Below are positions 6,219 through 15,181 of a stretch of DNA of 64,000 nucleotides, one piece after another (the stretch's first letter is position 1; each line of letters starts with the position of its first letter). The position numbers were made by a program, and so were the translations under genes. Origin of the DNA: a virus (Duplodnaviria > Caudoviricetes); the IMG/VR virus record IMGVR_UViG_3300032280_000753, positions 77,403 through 141,402 of that record. One strand, given 5' to 3'. A model generated the notes under the pieces. It saw nothing but the letters and a program-made list of their open reading frames with translations. It was not told the DNA's origin and made no database searches.

Positions 6219-7532
6219 TCAATCCGAATTTGACTTTAGTGTAGGGAAGAAGACTACATCACGTAGATTAGGAACGCCAAAGAGAAGCGAAACCATTCTA
6301 TCAATTCCAAAGCCAGCACCACTCTGAGGAGGAATGCCATGCTCCATGCACTCAAGGAAATCTTCCTCAATCATCATGGCTTCATCATCGCCATTAGCTC
6401 TGTCCTGCATCTGCTGTTCCAATAGCTGACGCTGTAGAACCGGATCCGTAAGCTCCGTGTAGCACTTAACCACTTCCCATCCATCCACAATAAACTGCCA
6501 TTGCTGAACCGTATTGGGATCGTTAGAATGCCTTGCTGCCATAGGAGACATATGAGCGGGATAATCAGTTACAAAAATAGGACCAATAAGCTTTGGACGA
6601 ACGTCCGTCTTAAATAGTTGATCCGCTTCCTTGGCACTCATATCATCCGGATAACGTCCAGTATGCTCATTAAACAACTTACGATATTCTACAACTGGTG
6701 CCTTATGCCAAGCTTCAAGCTTTTCCTTAATATCCTCATTATGAGCAAAGGTATTATGCAGCCTATAAATCAAATCTCTAAAAAGCTTCATATTGTCGCA
6801 ATAATCCCAATACGAAGCATACCATTCAAGAGAAGTAAATTCCTGCAAATGAGAAGGATCAATACCTTCATTACGGAACTGCTTGCCAATCTCAAATACA
6901 CGATCAAAACCAGCCGCAGTCATACGCTTAAGATATGTCTCTGGTGCAATACGCAAATAGAAGTCTGCATCAAGAGCATTATGATGGGTTACGAATGGAC
7001 GAGCCTGAGCACCGCTTGCCTGTGGAGTTAGAACAGGAGTTTCTACTTCCATGAAGTTAGTTTCTTCAAAAAAACGACGGATAGAAGAAATCAATTCGCT
7101 ACGAAAACGAAACAGCTTACGGCTTGCCGGATGGATAGCACATTCCAGCCACCGCTTACGTCTCATAAGCTCTGGGTCAGTCATGCCATGCCACTTATCA
7201 GGAAAGCCACCACAAGCCTTCTGGAGCCTCTTAAAGCCCTTGTTAACCAATACGGTGCGCTCACCCGTTGAAGAAGTCCAAACCTCTCCTTGGATGCCTA
7301 CAATGTCTCCGATGCGAGGGACAGAAGACCATTCCTTGAATTCCTCTTCATTCATCATCTTCTTATTGAAAGAAAATTGAACCTTTACATCGCTATTGTC
7401 TGAGATATGACCAAATGCAACGCCGCCCATCTTACGATAAGACAACACTCTGCCAACAAGAGAAATAGGATCTCCATCCTTAAGGTAAGTGATATCATAC
7501 GCCAACTGATTATTTTCGGTATTCCAAAACAT
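6219..7532 (-). CDS. lysS: Lysyl-tRNA synthetase, class II (short N-terminus)
   Basis: OB-fold GRVLSYRKMGGVAF, FMEVETPVL, GAQARPFVTHHNALD, YLRIAPETYLKR, motif 2 FRNEGIDPSHLQEFT, motif 3 GFGIDRMV. Confidence 0.95.
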   Translation of the reverse strand: MFWNTENNQLAYDITYLKDGDPISLVGRVLSYRKMGGVAFGHISDNSDVKVQFSFNKKMMNEEEFKEWSSVPRIGDIVGIQGEVWTSSTGERTVLVNKGFKRLQKACGGFPDKWHGMTDPELMRRKRWLECAIHPASRKLFRFRSELISSIRRFFEETNFMEVETPVLTPQASGAQARPFVTHHNALDADFYLRIAPETYLKRMTAAGFDRVFEIGKQFRNEGIDPSHLQEFTSLEWYASYWDYCDNMKLFRDLIYRLHNTFAHNEDIKEKLEAWHKAPVVEYRKLFNEHTGRYPDDMSAKEADQLFKTDVRPKLIGPIFVTDYPAHMSPMAARHSNDPNTVQQWQFIVDGWEVVKCYTELTDPVLQRQLLEQQMQDRANGDDEAMMIEEDFLECMEHGIPPQSGAGFGIDRMVSLLFGVPNLRDVVFFPTLKSNSD

Positions 7533-7563
7533 AATGTTCCTAAAACGTTAAAACCCTGCTATA

Positions 7564-7592
7564 AGCATAGCAAGGTTAAGTTAGATTATAAA
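7564..7592 (-). promoter_or_regulatory. sigma70-type promoter of lysS
   Basis: TTTATA-17 bp-TATGCT with an extended TG. Confidence 0.55.
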
Positions 7593-7599
7593 CTATTAA

Positions 7600-8040
7600 T
7601 CAAGCCGCCAGGAAATGACCACGGGCATTGTTAACAAGACGCTCAAAATTAATGGGGAAAATCTTACGGAAAAGATTAACGCTCCACTTGCAAGCCTCAT
7701 GCTCTGAACGTCCCTTAAGAACGTGACCCCATTCATGCAAAAACGTAAGAACAGAAAAACGACCATGAAGAGTAATCGTGCTATTCGCAGGACAAAAATT
7801 TGACCTACCACTACCCTCGTTAAGAACAATGCTCGGATCAAAATCCAAGCTAACGTTAACATTATAAATCTGACAAAGAGCATCATGGAGTTGACGGAAC
7901 TTTTCCATTCGCATCGGCACCGATCCCCTCCAGGGGTTCGAGCTTTTAAACTGGTTCAAAGCTGCAATCGTTTCACGCTTATACTTTACGTCTGCAATAA
8001 CTTCATCCAGCGAACGAGGATAATCAGCGGCGGCAGTCAT
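7600..8040 (-). CDS. Small zincin-like metalloprotein
   Basis: TFLHEWGH (HExxH) with a downstream SEHEA glutamate; GGAGG RBS. Confidence 0.65.
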   Translation of the reverse strand: MTAAADYPRSLDEVIADVKYKRETIAALNQFKSSNPWRGSVPMRMEKFRQLHDALCQIYNVNVSLDFDPSIVLNEGSGRSNFCPANSTITLHGRFSVLTFLHEWGHVLKGRSEHEACKWSVNLFRKIFPINFERLVNNARGHFLAA

Positions 8041-8104
8041 ACTTCACAACCTCCAAAACAATTCCGAAAAACGTGAACGAACCGAATAGAAGAAAAAATC
8101 CCAT

Positions 8105-8575
8105 TCAGTCACCACTATCAATTTCAAAGGTGACGCCACAATCATTGCACTTATAACGATTGTAACAACGACCGAGATTAGCTACGAAAGCATGATTATT
8201 GTGCTTACACGCATTAAGCTTTTCATTACGAAAACTAATGAGGCTGGCGAGCGCAGCGGGAAGCTGGTCAGCAGAATAAATCTCAACGCTACGGTTGTTA
8301 CCATACATCGTAGCATCCTTGACATTGACGCTAATACGAAGCCCCTTGAACTTCATATAGCCAATGGGTTGATTAAAGATCGGATTACATGAAAACCTCC
8401 AATCCGGAACGATGCTACGTCCACCACGATCCGCCTCAAAAGTGGGTTGGAAACTGCTATTATTCCAAGGCTGCGGTGCAGGGCACGGGAGAGAGATATC
8501 CCCCATTTCACTCAAACGAGCGAAAATATCGGTGATGGTGTCAACAAACTGCTCAATGGTTTCGATCTTGTTCAT
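8105..8575 (-). CDS. Hypothetical protein with a C-terminal Zn ribbon
   Basis: CKH...H...CYNRYKCNDCG; leaderless promoter upstream. Confidence 0.7.
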   Translation of the reverse strand: MNKIETIEQFVDTITDIFARLSEMGDISLPCPAPQPWNNSSFQPTFEADRGGRSIVPDWRFSCNPIFNQPIGYMKFKGLRISVNVKDATMYGNNRSVEIYSADQLPAALASLISFRNEKLNACKHNNHAFVANLGRCYNRYKCNDCGVTFEIDSGD

Positions 8576-8581
8576 GCTATT

Positions 8582-8610
8582 AGAATAACATAAATAATTT
8601 GATATTTCAA
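8582..8610 (-). promoter_or_regulatory. sigma70-type promoter, leaderless transcript
   Basis: TTGAAA-17 bp-TATTCT with an extended TG; ATG 6 nt downstream. Confidence 0.7.
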
Positions 8611-8631
8611 GTAAATAAAAATCTAATGATA

Positions 8632-9210
8632 TCAGCTATTTACATCAAATTTTATATTTGAAACCATATGGGTGCCACCTGCATCGCCTGTGAAGGAAGA
8701 AAAGCAAAGCATGAATGGTTCATTAACCAAGCCAAAGAATGGCATATCATGGAAAGCATATGCCACTATAGACATATCGTTAACACGAACAACTACGGTT
8801 TCAAGTTCGTGATCATAAATTACGTTTACTTCTTTTTCTTTGCCGTCGTTAAAGCGTTCATTGCAAGAAGCTTGTGCAACTTTTGTTCCTTCAAAATAAA
8901 CAACGACTTCATTTCCGCTATTGTTTTCTAAATTTTTGAAAGTATCTAAAGAAACGGCAAAAAGCTCTTGTCTATCTTTTGAACAAAGCTTCATACGTAT
9001 ACCATCGCCACCTTTTCCATCAGCATCAGAAATGCCTTTTGGATTTGTAATGTTAGCTACGAAGGAACATACCCATGATGCATCTGAAACAGAGATAGGT
9101 GCAAGGATTGTCATTTCACCATCCGAATGAAGACCAGACGTTAATATAACTCCAACGCCTTCCTTCTTTGCATCACCTTTAAGTTGAATTTTTGTATCTT
9201 TTTGTGCCAT
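8632..9210 (-). CDS. Legume (L-type) lectin-like / ConA-fold protein
   Basis: LKGDA...LT start, GGDG, AVSLDTFKN and FSSFTG...H match the order of L-lectin motifs. Confidence 0.6.
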   Translation of the reverse strand: MAQKDTKIQLKGDAKKEGVGVILTSGLHSDGEMTILAPISVSDASWVCSFVANITNPKGISDADGKGGDGIRMKLCSKDRQELFAVSLDTFKNLENNSGNEVVVYFEGTKVAQASCNERFNDGKEKEVNVIYDHELETVVVRVNDMSIVAYAFHDMPFFGLVNEPFMLCFSSFTGDAGGTHMVSNIKFDVNS

Positions 9211-9258
9211 ATAGTTTTTAAAATATATTTCGTCTTAGCTTAAGTATAATAAACACAT

Positions 9259-9912
9259 ATGAAAATAATAAAATTAATCAATCAACATATTCCTATATGG
9301 TCAATGCTTTGCGGAGATCATGCTTTAAAGGCAGTAGTTGAGAACATTAATCCTAAACTTTTATCAGCCCCGAATTTTCTAAATCCTTTGGAAAACAAAT
9401 TGCGGTTAGATGTTTTTATAGACAGACGTGAATGGATATGGAATTCCATGAAAGATAATGTTGCATTCGCATTGGTTGAATTTGACATAGAAGAACTAAT
9501 GACATTTAAAACTTGTTTTACAAACGTTTCTTTTAAAGAGTTTTCTGAAGAATATCAAAAAGCTTGTAAAAAAGGAAAAGGCTTTATTATTAAACGCCCA
9601 AGGCACAGCACCGATTTAGAAAAATCTAAAGAAAATGTTGAACACGTTTGCAAAGAACTAACTACAAAAATAGAAAACGATTTTTTAAAGATACAAAAAA
9701 TAAAAGCAAAAGATGTTTTAAATCCAATGCTTAATAATGAAAACAATATATATTTGGCAAGTAATCGTGGATTGGTGATGAAATCGAAAAGCTCGAATAA
9801 CGTTACAATTATGGATGCTACACATAGATTGACTGCATATGCCGTTTCGAAAATGAATAAAAAAAGCTGCCTCCCTGATAAGCTATATGCTTTCTATTGG
9901 GAGGAAGCTTAA
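9259..9912 (+). CDS. Hypothetical protein with a ParB/Srx-like motif
   Basis: IMDATHRLTA resembles the (D/G)GxHR motif; TATAAT upstream. Confidence 0.5.
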   Translation: MKIIKLINQHIPIWSMLCGDHALKAVVENINPKLLSAPNFLNPLENKLRLDVFIDRREWIWNSMKDNVAFALVEFDIEELMTFKTCFTNVSFKEFSEEYQKACKKGKGFIIKRPRHSTDLEKSKENVEHVCKELTTKIENDFLKIQKIKAKDVLNPMLNNENNIYLASNRGLVMKSKSSNNVTIMDATHRLTAYAVSKMNKKSCLPDKLYAFYWEEA

Positions 9913-9914
9913 TT

Positions 9915-10289
9915 TTATCCACGACGTTTTTCCATATAAGGGAAGATGCTGTAAGTAGTGCCATGTTTCTTGAAAACAAACGTCCCTAATACATTTCCAT
10001 ATATTATAGATTTATTCTTCAATAAAGCCGCAAGTCCACTTTGGTTCATCCAATATCTTGCGCCGGTTTCAGTATCCTCCCAAAGTATCTTACCACCGTA
10101 ATACATATTGATAAATTTTAAATTAGCATCAAAACGAATATTCTCTCGCCAATCATATTTTGCTTCCCAATTTGGTTTACGCATTTCATAATGAGTAATC
10201 TGGTGAGGAACGCTTCCAATTGGAAGATTATTGGCTTTATCAGCTTCTTTTATAAAAGGAACCCTGTAATCTACTTTTTTTCTTGGCAT
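9915..10289 (-). CDS. Hypothetical protein (124 aa)
   Basis: ORF only. Confidence 0.65.
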   Translation of the reverse strand: MPRKKVDYRVPFIKEADKANNLPIGSVPHQITHYEMRKPNWEAKYDWRENIRFDANLKFINMYYGGKILWEDTETGARYWMNQSGLAALLKNKSIIYGNVLGTFVFKKHGTTYSIFPYMEKRRG

Positions 10290-10344
10290 AAAACCGCTAA
10301 TACCATATCTGTTTTATATGCTTGGAATAAGTAGATAGCATCCG

Positions 10345-10812
10345 TCATTCTAAAATACGTATTTTTTGCAGGGATATGCCCCGACGCTTCCACATATATC
10401 TACGCCAACGTCGCATCAATCTACGTAGCCACCAAAAAGGACGGCGCTGATATCCATCTTTCTTTTCATGGCAAGGAACACAAAGAGGCTGAACGTTATC
10501 TGGTGTATTTGTGCCTCCTGCGTTAATAGACAAAATATGATCGAGCGTTAACTTGTTTCGCCCTTTAATGTTGCAATTGGCGCAACTCCAATTACATTTT
10601 TGCAATACTGTTAACCATTCACGAGTAGTAATCCGTCCGGTAGGATATCTCTTGTTCCTCTTAGAACGATTATTGGAACGCAGACGCAAACGTTCTGAAT
10701 TCCAACACTCTCGACATATATGTTCTGAAAATTGGGAAGCAGCCTCTTGCTTTCGCTTATCGCAAAAACACAACTGACACGTATGTTCCTTTTTTCTAAA
10801 CCAATGTAGCAT
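10345..10812 (-). CDS. HNH endonuclease
   Basis: CANC...LTLDHILSINAGGTNTPDNVQPLCVPCHEKK. Confidence 0.85.
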   Translation of the reverse strand: MLHWFRKKEHTCQLCFCDKRKQEAASQFSEHICRECWNSERLRLRSNNRSKRNKRYPTGRITTREWLTVLQKCNWSCANCNIKGRNKLTLDHILSINAGGTNTPDNVQPLCVPCHEKKDGYQRRPFWWLRRLMRRWRRYMWKRRGISLQKIRILE

Positions 10813-11252
10813 CAGTAAACAATATCCGTGGTATCGCCGTTAGGCTTAATTAGCATCTTACCATACTGTTCCTCATTGATAGTATAATAAGCCTTTCGGA
10901 TGCCATAGCTATGCAAAGCGTTTTCGCAAATAGGACACGGGCGAGCCATACCTGGACTACCATCAATCTTCTTACGCCGAGCGACAAAAATTTTACAACC
11001 TCGGAGGTTAACCTTTCCACGAGCCTTGAGAATTGCATCCTGTTCTGCATGAGTAGAAAGACAAAAATCTCTGCCACGTCCTCGGGCAAGATCCGTATAA
11101 TGCTCTACAAAAGCGTTTGTATTAACCTTGTTAAATCCAACGGAAATTACCGATCCCCCTCGGATAATAATAGCCGCCAAATGATAGTCTGCCGCATTAT
11201 CATAACGATTGTCGGTGGCATACTGCATAGCAAGTCGCAAATATCTGTGCAT
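10812..11252 (-). CDS. Zn-dependent cytidine/dCMP deaminase-family protein
   Basis: HAE and PCxxC (RPCPIC) motifs. Confidence 0.85.
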   Translation of the reverse strand: MHRYLRLAMQYATDNRYDNAADYHLAAIIIRGGSVISVGFNKVNTNAFVEHYTDLARGRGRDFCLSTHAEQDAILKARGKVNLRGCKIFVARRKKIDGSPGMARPCPICENALHSYGIRKAYYTINEEQYGKMLIKPNGDTTDIVY

Positions 11253-11258
11253 AAAGGT

Positions 11259-11287
11259 ATAATAACATATTATGAAGTTATTTTAAA
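11259..11287 (-). promoter_or_regulatory. sigma70-type promoter, leaderless transcript
   Basis: TTTAAA-17 bp-TATTAT with an extended TG; ATG 6 nt downstream. Confidence 0.65.
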
Positions 11288-11313
11288 CCAATATATCAGA
11301 GGGCAGGTTTTCT

Positions 11314-13050
11314 CTATTTCAAAATCCAGTCAAATTGTCGCCAATACGGATTGCGAAAATCTTGTGAGCCGCCGCCGTGTTTTTGAGCATCTTGCTTATT
11401 TTTCATATCTTGGAAATTTGCATATTCTTTAACTCCATCGGAAGTCATGACCGGAGGAAGATTAACGTTATTTTGTCCGAATTGATTTCCTGTAGGCGAC
11501 ATTGTGGTATTTGACTTACTCATACCGGCGAGCATTGCCATCGTTAACGCTTTATCATCCCATGCATTAACACCTGCTGCCTCATAGAGTGAGTTACCAA
11601 TTGCTAAGGCTATAATCAAATCATCGTTATAACTTTTCATAGCCTGGGCTTTATTGTTCTTCCATACGAAGGTTTTAAATTCTTCTACGGTTCTGGATGA
11701 ATATATTTTAAGACGCCGAGTTCTTATTACCGTTTCAAGCTTTGCAAGAATTTCATCACGGTTCTTTGGACCTGTTGTAAAGCCTGGTAAATCACTGGCA
11801 ATATCTGCCGTAGTATAACTCATATATGCATTACTACGATGAATTTTCTCGTAATATATGTTTGGATATTGTGCCTTCTTAATATCAGTAGCAACGATAA
11901 GACCGAATGAATTAAGTTCTGGACATAAAAGGGCTTGGTTATATTTAAATCCCAAATCCATCATCAATTCTGATAATCTTTCTGGAGGGCACTTGCCCTG
12001 ATATTCACAAACCACTTCATCGGTATTTGTATCTATAACATGAAGGGTAGAATAATCATCAGCATCGCCACGGGACACGTCTCCGGAGATAATATATTTA
12101 TGTCCTGCTTCGGCATATTTCCAAATCCATACGTCGCCTCGATCTCCGTATGTAGCCACAGGAACTTTCATTTGACGTTCCATGTCCTCAATAACATCAC
12201 CTGACAAGAAGTTTTCACCAGATGCTGCGAACGAGCATAAAAGTTCTTGTGCTACGCCACGTTCACCTTTGGCTGGTAAAATCTCTGCTCTTTGAGCTTC
12301 GTACCATTCCTTATCTCTTTCTGGATGAACGGTCCAAGGAAGTTCTATGCGATAGAAGTTATTTTGTCCTTTACCGGGCAAAGGTTTTCCTTCTCCATCT
12401 TCTCCATCTTTGGCTCCGACCCAAATCTTATGGAACAGAGTTCCTACGCCAGAAGGAGAAGAGATTAGAATGGCATTACCACCGGTAGATAGGGTAGGCC
12501 AAAGACCTAACCATAAATCATCAATACCATCAACGTGGGCAGCTTCGTCAATGATTAGCAAAGATAGAGCTTCAGAACGACCTGCGTCTGTGCCAGTTGG
12601 AACAGCTTGAACTTTTGAGCCATTAGAGAACTCAAGGTATCTGACGGAACGTGCTTTAATCTGGGGCATGACAAGCCATTTAGGAAGGCTATCATACATT
12701 CCGTTTACCTTTTTAATAAAGTTTTTTGCAACTTCAAGACGAGTAGCGATAACGAGAATATTCTTTTCACGTTGAAACAAAGCCATCCAAAGAGAATAAG
12801 CCGCAGAGAGGGTTGATAGACCCAACTGACGGCTTTTGTTTGTGATTACGAAACGATGTGATTGGAAAGCTTTTAGGCAGTTATCCTGATATGGGAAAGT
12901 TTCAAAAGGAACTGGACCTTTAACTGGATGGGATATTTTAACGTATTTAGAAATAAAATAGGATGCGTCGGTGCCACAGCGCATGATTTCTTTCATCTGT
13001 GCGGCACGATTTGGAACAGTTCCTAACGTTAAATTCTTTTTAGCGGGCAT
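11314..13050 (-). CDS. terL: Terminase large subunit (T4 gp17-like)
   Basis: KSRQLGLST Walker A, LLIIDEAA Walker B, ISSPSG coupling motif, nuclease acidic residues (GDVSRG..DDYS, NDDLI). Confidence 0.95.
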   Translation of the reverse strand: MPAKKNLTLGTVPNRAAQMKEIMRCGTDASYFISKYVKISHPVKGPVPFETFPYQDNCLKAFQSHRFVITNKSRQLGLSTLSAAYSLWMALFQREKNILVIATRLEVAKNFIKKVNGMYDSLPKWLVMPQIKARSVRYLEFSNGSKVQAVPTGTDAGRSEALSLLIIDEAAHVDGIDDLWLGLWPTLSTGGNAILISSPSGVGTLFHKIWVGAKDGEDGEGKPLPGKGQNNFYRIELPWTVHPERDKEWYEAQRAEILPAKGERGVAQELLCSFAASGENFLSGDVIEDMERQMKVPVATYGDRGDVWIWKYAEAGHKYIISGDVSRGDADDYSTLHVIDTNTDEVVCEYQGKCPPERLSELMMDLGFKYNQALLCPELNSFGLIVATDIKKAQYPNIYYEKIHRSNAYMSYTTADIASDLPGFTTGPKNRDEILAKLETVIRTRRLKIYSSRTVEEFKTFVWKNNKAQAMKSYNDDLIIALAIGNSLYEAAGVNAWDDKALTMAMLAGMSKSNTTMSPTGNQFGQNNVNLPPVMTSDGVKEYANFQDMKNKQDAQKHGGGSQDFRNPYWRQFDWILK

Positions 13051-13460
13051 CAGTCAACTTCTACAAGGCAACCAAAGCGATAGTATGCCTTGCGATTACC
13101 GGTATAATTGTAATATGATATATATTCTATATCTTCTCCAACTGTTTCTTCTTCCAAGTTAAAGTTAGGAACTTTTTGACCTGGGAATTCTTTAGCATAA
13201 TTTTCTTTTACGTTTTTAAGAGCGGCTTCAATCATAGAAATGGCTTCTTGTCTATAACGAACCATTAGCTCTCGCATCATTGTATCGGAACCAAAGTTAA
13301 CAATTGTAAGGTAACGGATTTTAATTAAGCCATCATCAAGTATGTCAAATTTAATTGATTGGGTTTGATACACCCTATTGTGATTGCTGCTATCTGCGCC
13401 AAAGCTTGTATTTAAGAGCCTTGATAGATTGATGAATTTTTGATAATCTTTAACAAGCAT
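13050..13460 (-). CDS. Hypothetical protein (136 aa)
   Basis: Coupled to terL; late-type motif upstream. Confidence 0.7.
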   Translation of the reverse strand: MLVKDYQKFINLSRLLNTSFGADSSNHNRVYQTQSIKFDILDDGLIKIRYLTIVNFGSDTMMRELMVRYRQEAISMIEAALKNVKENYAKEFPGQKVPNFNLEEETVGEDIEYISYYNYTGNRKAYYRFGCLVEVD

Positions 13461-13489
13461 ATTTGCCTCTTTTTCTAATTAGAGCCCTT

Positions 13490-13783
13490 TCACCGGAAAC
13501 TTATTGGAGAACGAGCACTTATTCTTCTTATCTCTATATATTCATCCCACTCTTCCCAATCCGGCTCTGGAAGCTTTTCAGTTTCCCAATCTACACGCCG
13601 GTCGTTTGTCCATCTACCATCACAATGAGAACAAACTCCTACCTTACGATAAGAGATGCTATCTTCAATTGTTTTCATGGGATATTGACAAACTTTGCAA
13701 AATAGAGGAACTATATTGCTTGTGTCAGTAGGTTTAACAACAATAATCTTACCGTTATGTAAGCTTTCTATCTTCTTTTCCAT
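13490..13783 (-). CDS. Small Zn-finger protein
   Basis: CKVC...CSHC. Confidence 0.65.
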   Translation of the reverse strand: MEKKIESLHNGKIIVVKPTDTSNIVPLFCKVCQYPMKTIEDSISYRKVGVCSHCDGRWTNDRRVDWETEKLPEPDWEEWDEYIEIRRISARSPISFR

Positions 13784-13799
13784 AGAAGATATTATGTTG

Positions 13800-14150
13800 T
13801 CAATTGGTCTTTTTGTTTCCCCTCATTACAACCATAGGGTTTTCCTTTATAATCCAAAACTCTTTCTCTAATGGCGGTTCTTCTCCATCCTTGAACCACA
13901 TTAGCTTTCTTCCAGCCGTAGTCTTATATACCCCTATAATGGTTATCTCACCGGCATGAACGAGATCATGACAGGAATGACATATTACAGCAAGATTGTG
14001 ATTATCATTTGTGGATCTTGGATCGCATTGAGGAATGATATGATGGAGATTTAATGCAGCACTCCTATCAAAGCTACATATCTCACATTTATCTTTGACT
14101 AACTTTTCTTGACCAGTTTTTCTTCTTTGTTTCATAAATGGAAAACCCAA
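13800..14150 (-). CDS. HNH endonuclease-family protein
   Basis: CEIC...HHIIP...NDNHNLAVICHSCHDLVH. Confidence 0.8.
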   Translation of the reverse strand: MGFPFMKQRRKTGQEKLVKDKCEICSFDRSAALNLHHIIPQCDPRSTNDNHNLAVICHSCHDLVHAGEITIIGVYKTTAGRKLMWFKDGEEPPLEKEFWIIKENPMVVMRGNKKTN

Positions 14151-14197
14151 GAGACATTATATCCCTTGGGTCTTGAATTCTAACCTATATATCTTGT

Positions 14198-14524
14198 TCA
14201 GCGGTTTGTTTTCGTCTGTTGCTTCTGAATATTAAGAGCAATACGCTCGCAACCAAGAATGGTGCTTTGAAGAGAACCATCCGTATAAGCCTCGGTCATT
14301 AGAGAACCCAACTCACGATGCGTATCAAGGTCAATATGCATACTAAGCTCATTTAGAATACGAGCAGCCTGGGTCCAAGTTTCCTCATTGTAACCCATGC
14401 ATAGGGTTTCTTGATAAACTGCAATAAGCTCCAAAGCACGATCTGATGGACTTATCCTACGAACGTTATTGTTGCGGTTATGGTTGAAGTTTCGGTTTTT
14501 CTTGAAGTTGTTGTTCTTAATCAT
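14198..14524 (-). CDS. Hypothetical protein (108 aa)
   Basis: ORF with an Asn/Arg-rich N-terminus. Confidence 0.6.
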   Translation of the reverse strand: MIKNNNFKKNRNFNHNRNNNVRRISPSDRALELIAVYQETLCMGYNEETWTQAARILNELSMHIDLDTHRELGSLMTEAYTDGSLQSTILGCERIALNIQKQQTKTNR

Positions 14525-14560
14525 TTTTAAAAATCTTGTTAGAGGTTAATGTTTATAGGT

Positions 14561-15181
14561 TCAGAATTCAATTCCATCAACGTTAATTGTTTGATATGAT
14601 AACTCAACTGCGCCTTCGCTTGGCTCGGCTTTCTCATAAGCTGCGCTTCCAAAGTCAATACCTTGAATGCGAGCACCGCCAAATACCCATTCAGAACTAA
14701 TGTTGCCCTTTTCATCAAGCCACTTAATAGAAACCTTAACTACATTCTTCTTACAGGCTTCAAATAACTGCTTATATGGATATAACTGATTTCCCTTGTC
14801 CGCTGGCATGGTGTAAAAATATACCATTACCGTGCTCTTCTCTTTAATAGATTGACTATTCTTGTGTTGAGCAAAAATAATCTTCGGTAACTCTACATTC
14901 TTAATCCGAAATGCTTCTATACCTTCAAATTGAAGAACAAAACGATCTGTAAAAACTGGCGGGCCGTCAGCTTCACTTTCTTCTCCTTCTTCCTTTTCTT
15001 CAGAGGAACCCTTCTTATTCGTCTTCTTCTTTAGCTTTTCAAGATCCGTTGGAGGTCTTGGTTGAGGCTCTTCTTCAACTTCTTCTTCCTCTTCATCAAT
15101 TGGAGGAGGTGGAATGGTTACTGTTCTACCACGACTTCGTGGAACTCGGATTTGTGTCTTCTTTGTGTTAATTGCTGTCAT
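14561..15181 (-). CDS. Tail-tube (gp19-like) fold protein with a disordered N-terminus
   Basis: DRFVLQFEGIEAFRIKNVELP...WLDEKGNISSEWVFGGARIQGIDFG...VELSY follows the tail-tube pattern; the N-terminus has poly-Pro and poly-Glu runs. Confidence 0.55.
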   Translation of the reverse strand: MTAINTKKTQIRVPRSRGRTVTIPPPPIDEEEEEVEEEPQPRPPTDLEKLKKKTNKKGSSEEKEEGEESEADGPPVFTDRFVLQFEGIEAFRIKNVELPKIIFAQHKNSQSIKEKSTVMVYFYTMPADKGNQLYPYKQLFEACKKNVVKVSIKWLDEKGNISSEWVFGGARIQGIDFGSAAYEKAEPSEGAVELSYQTINVDGIEF

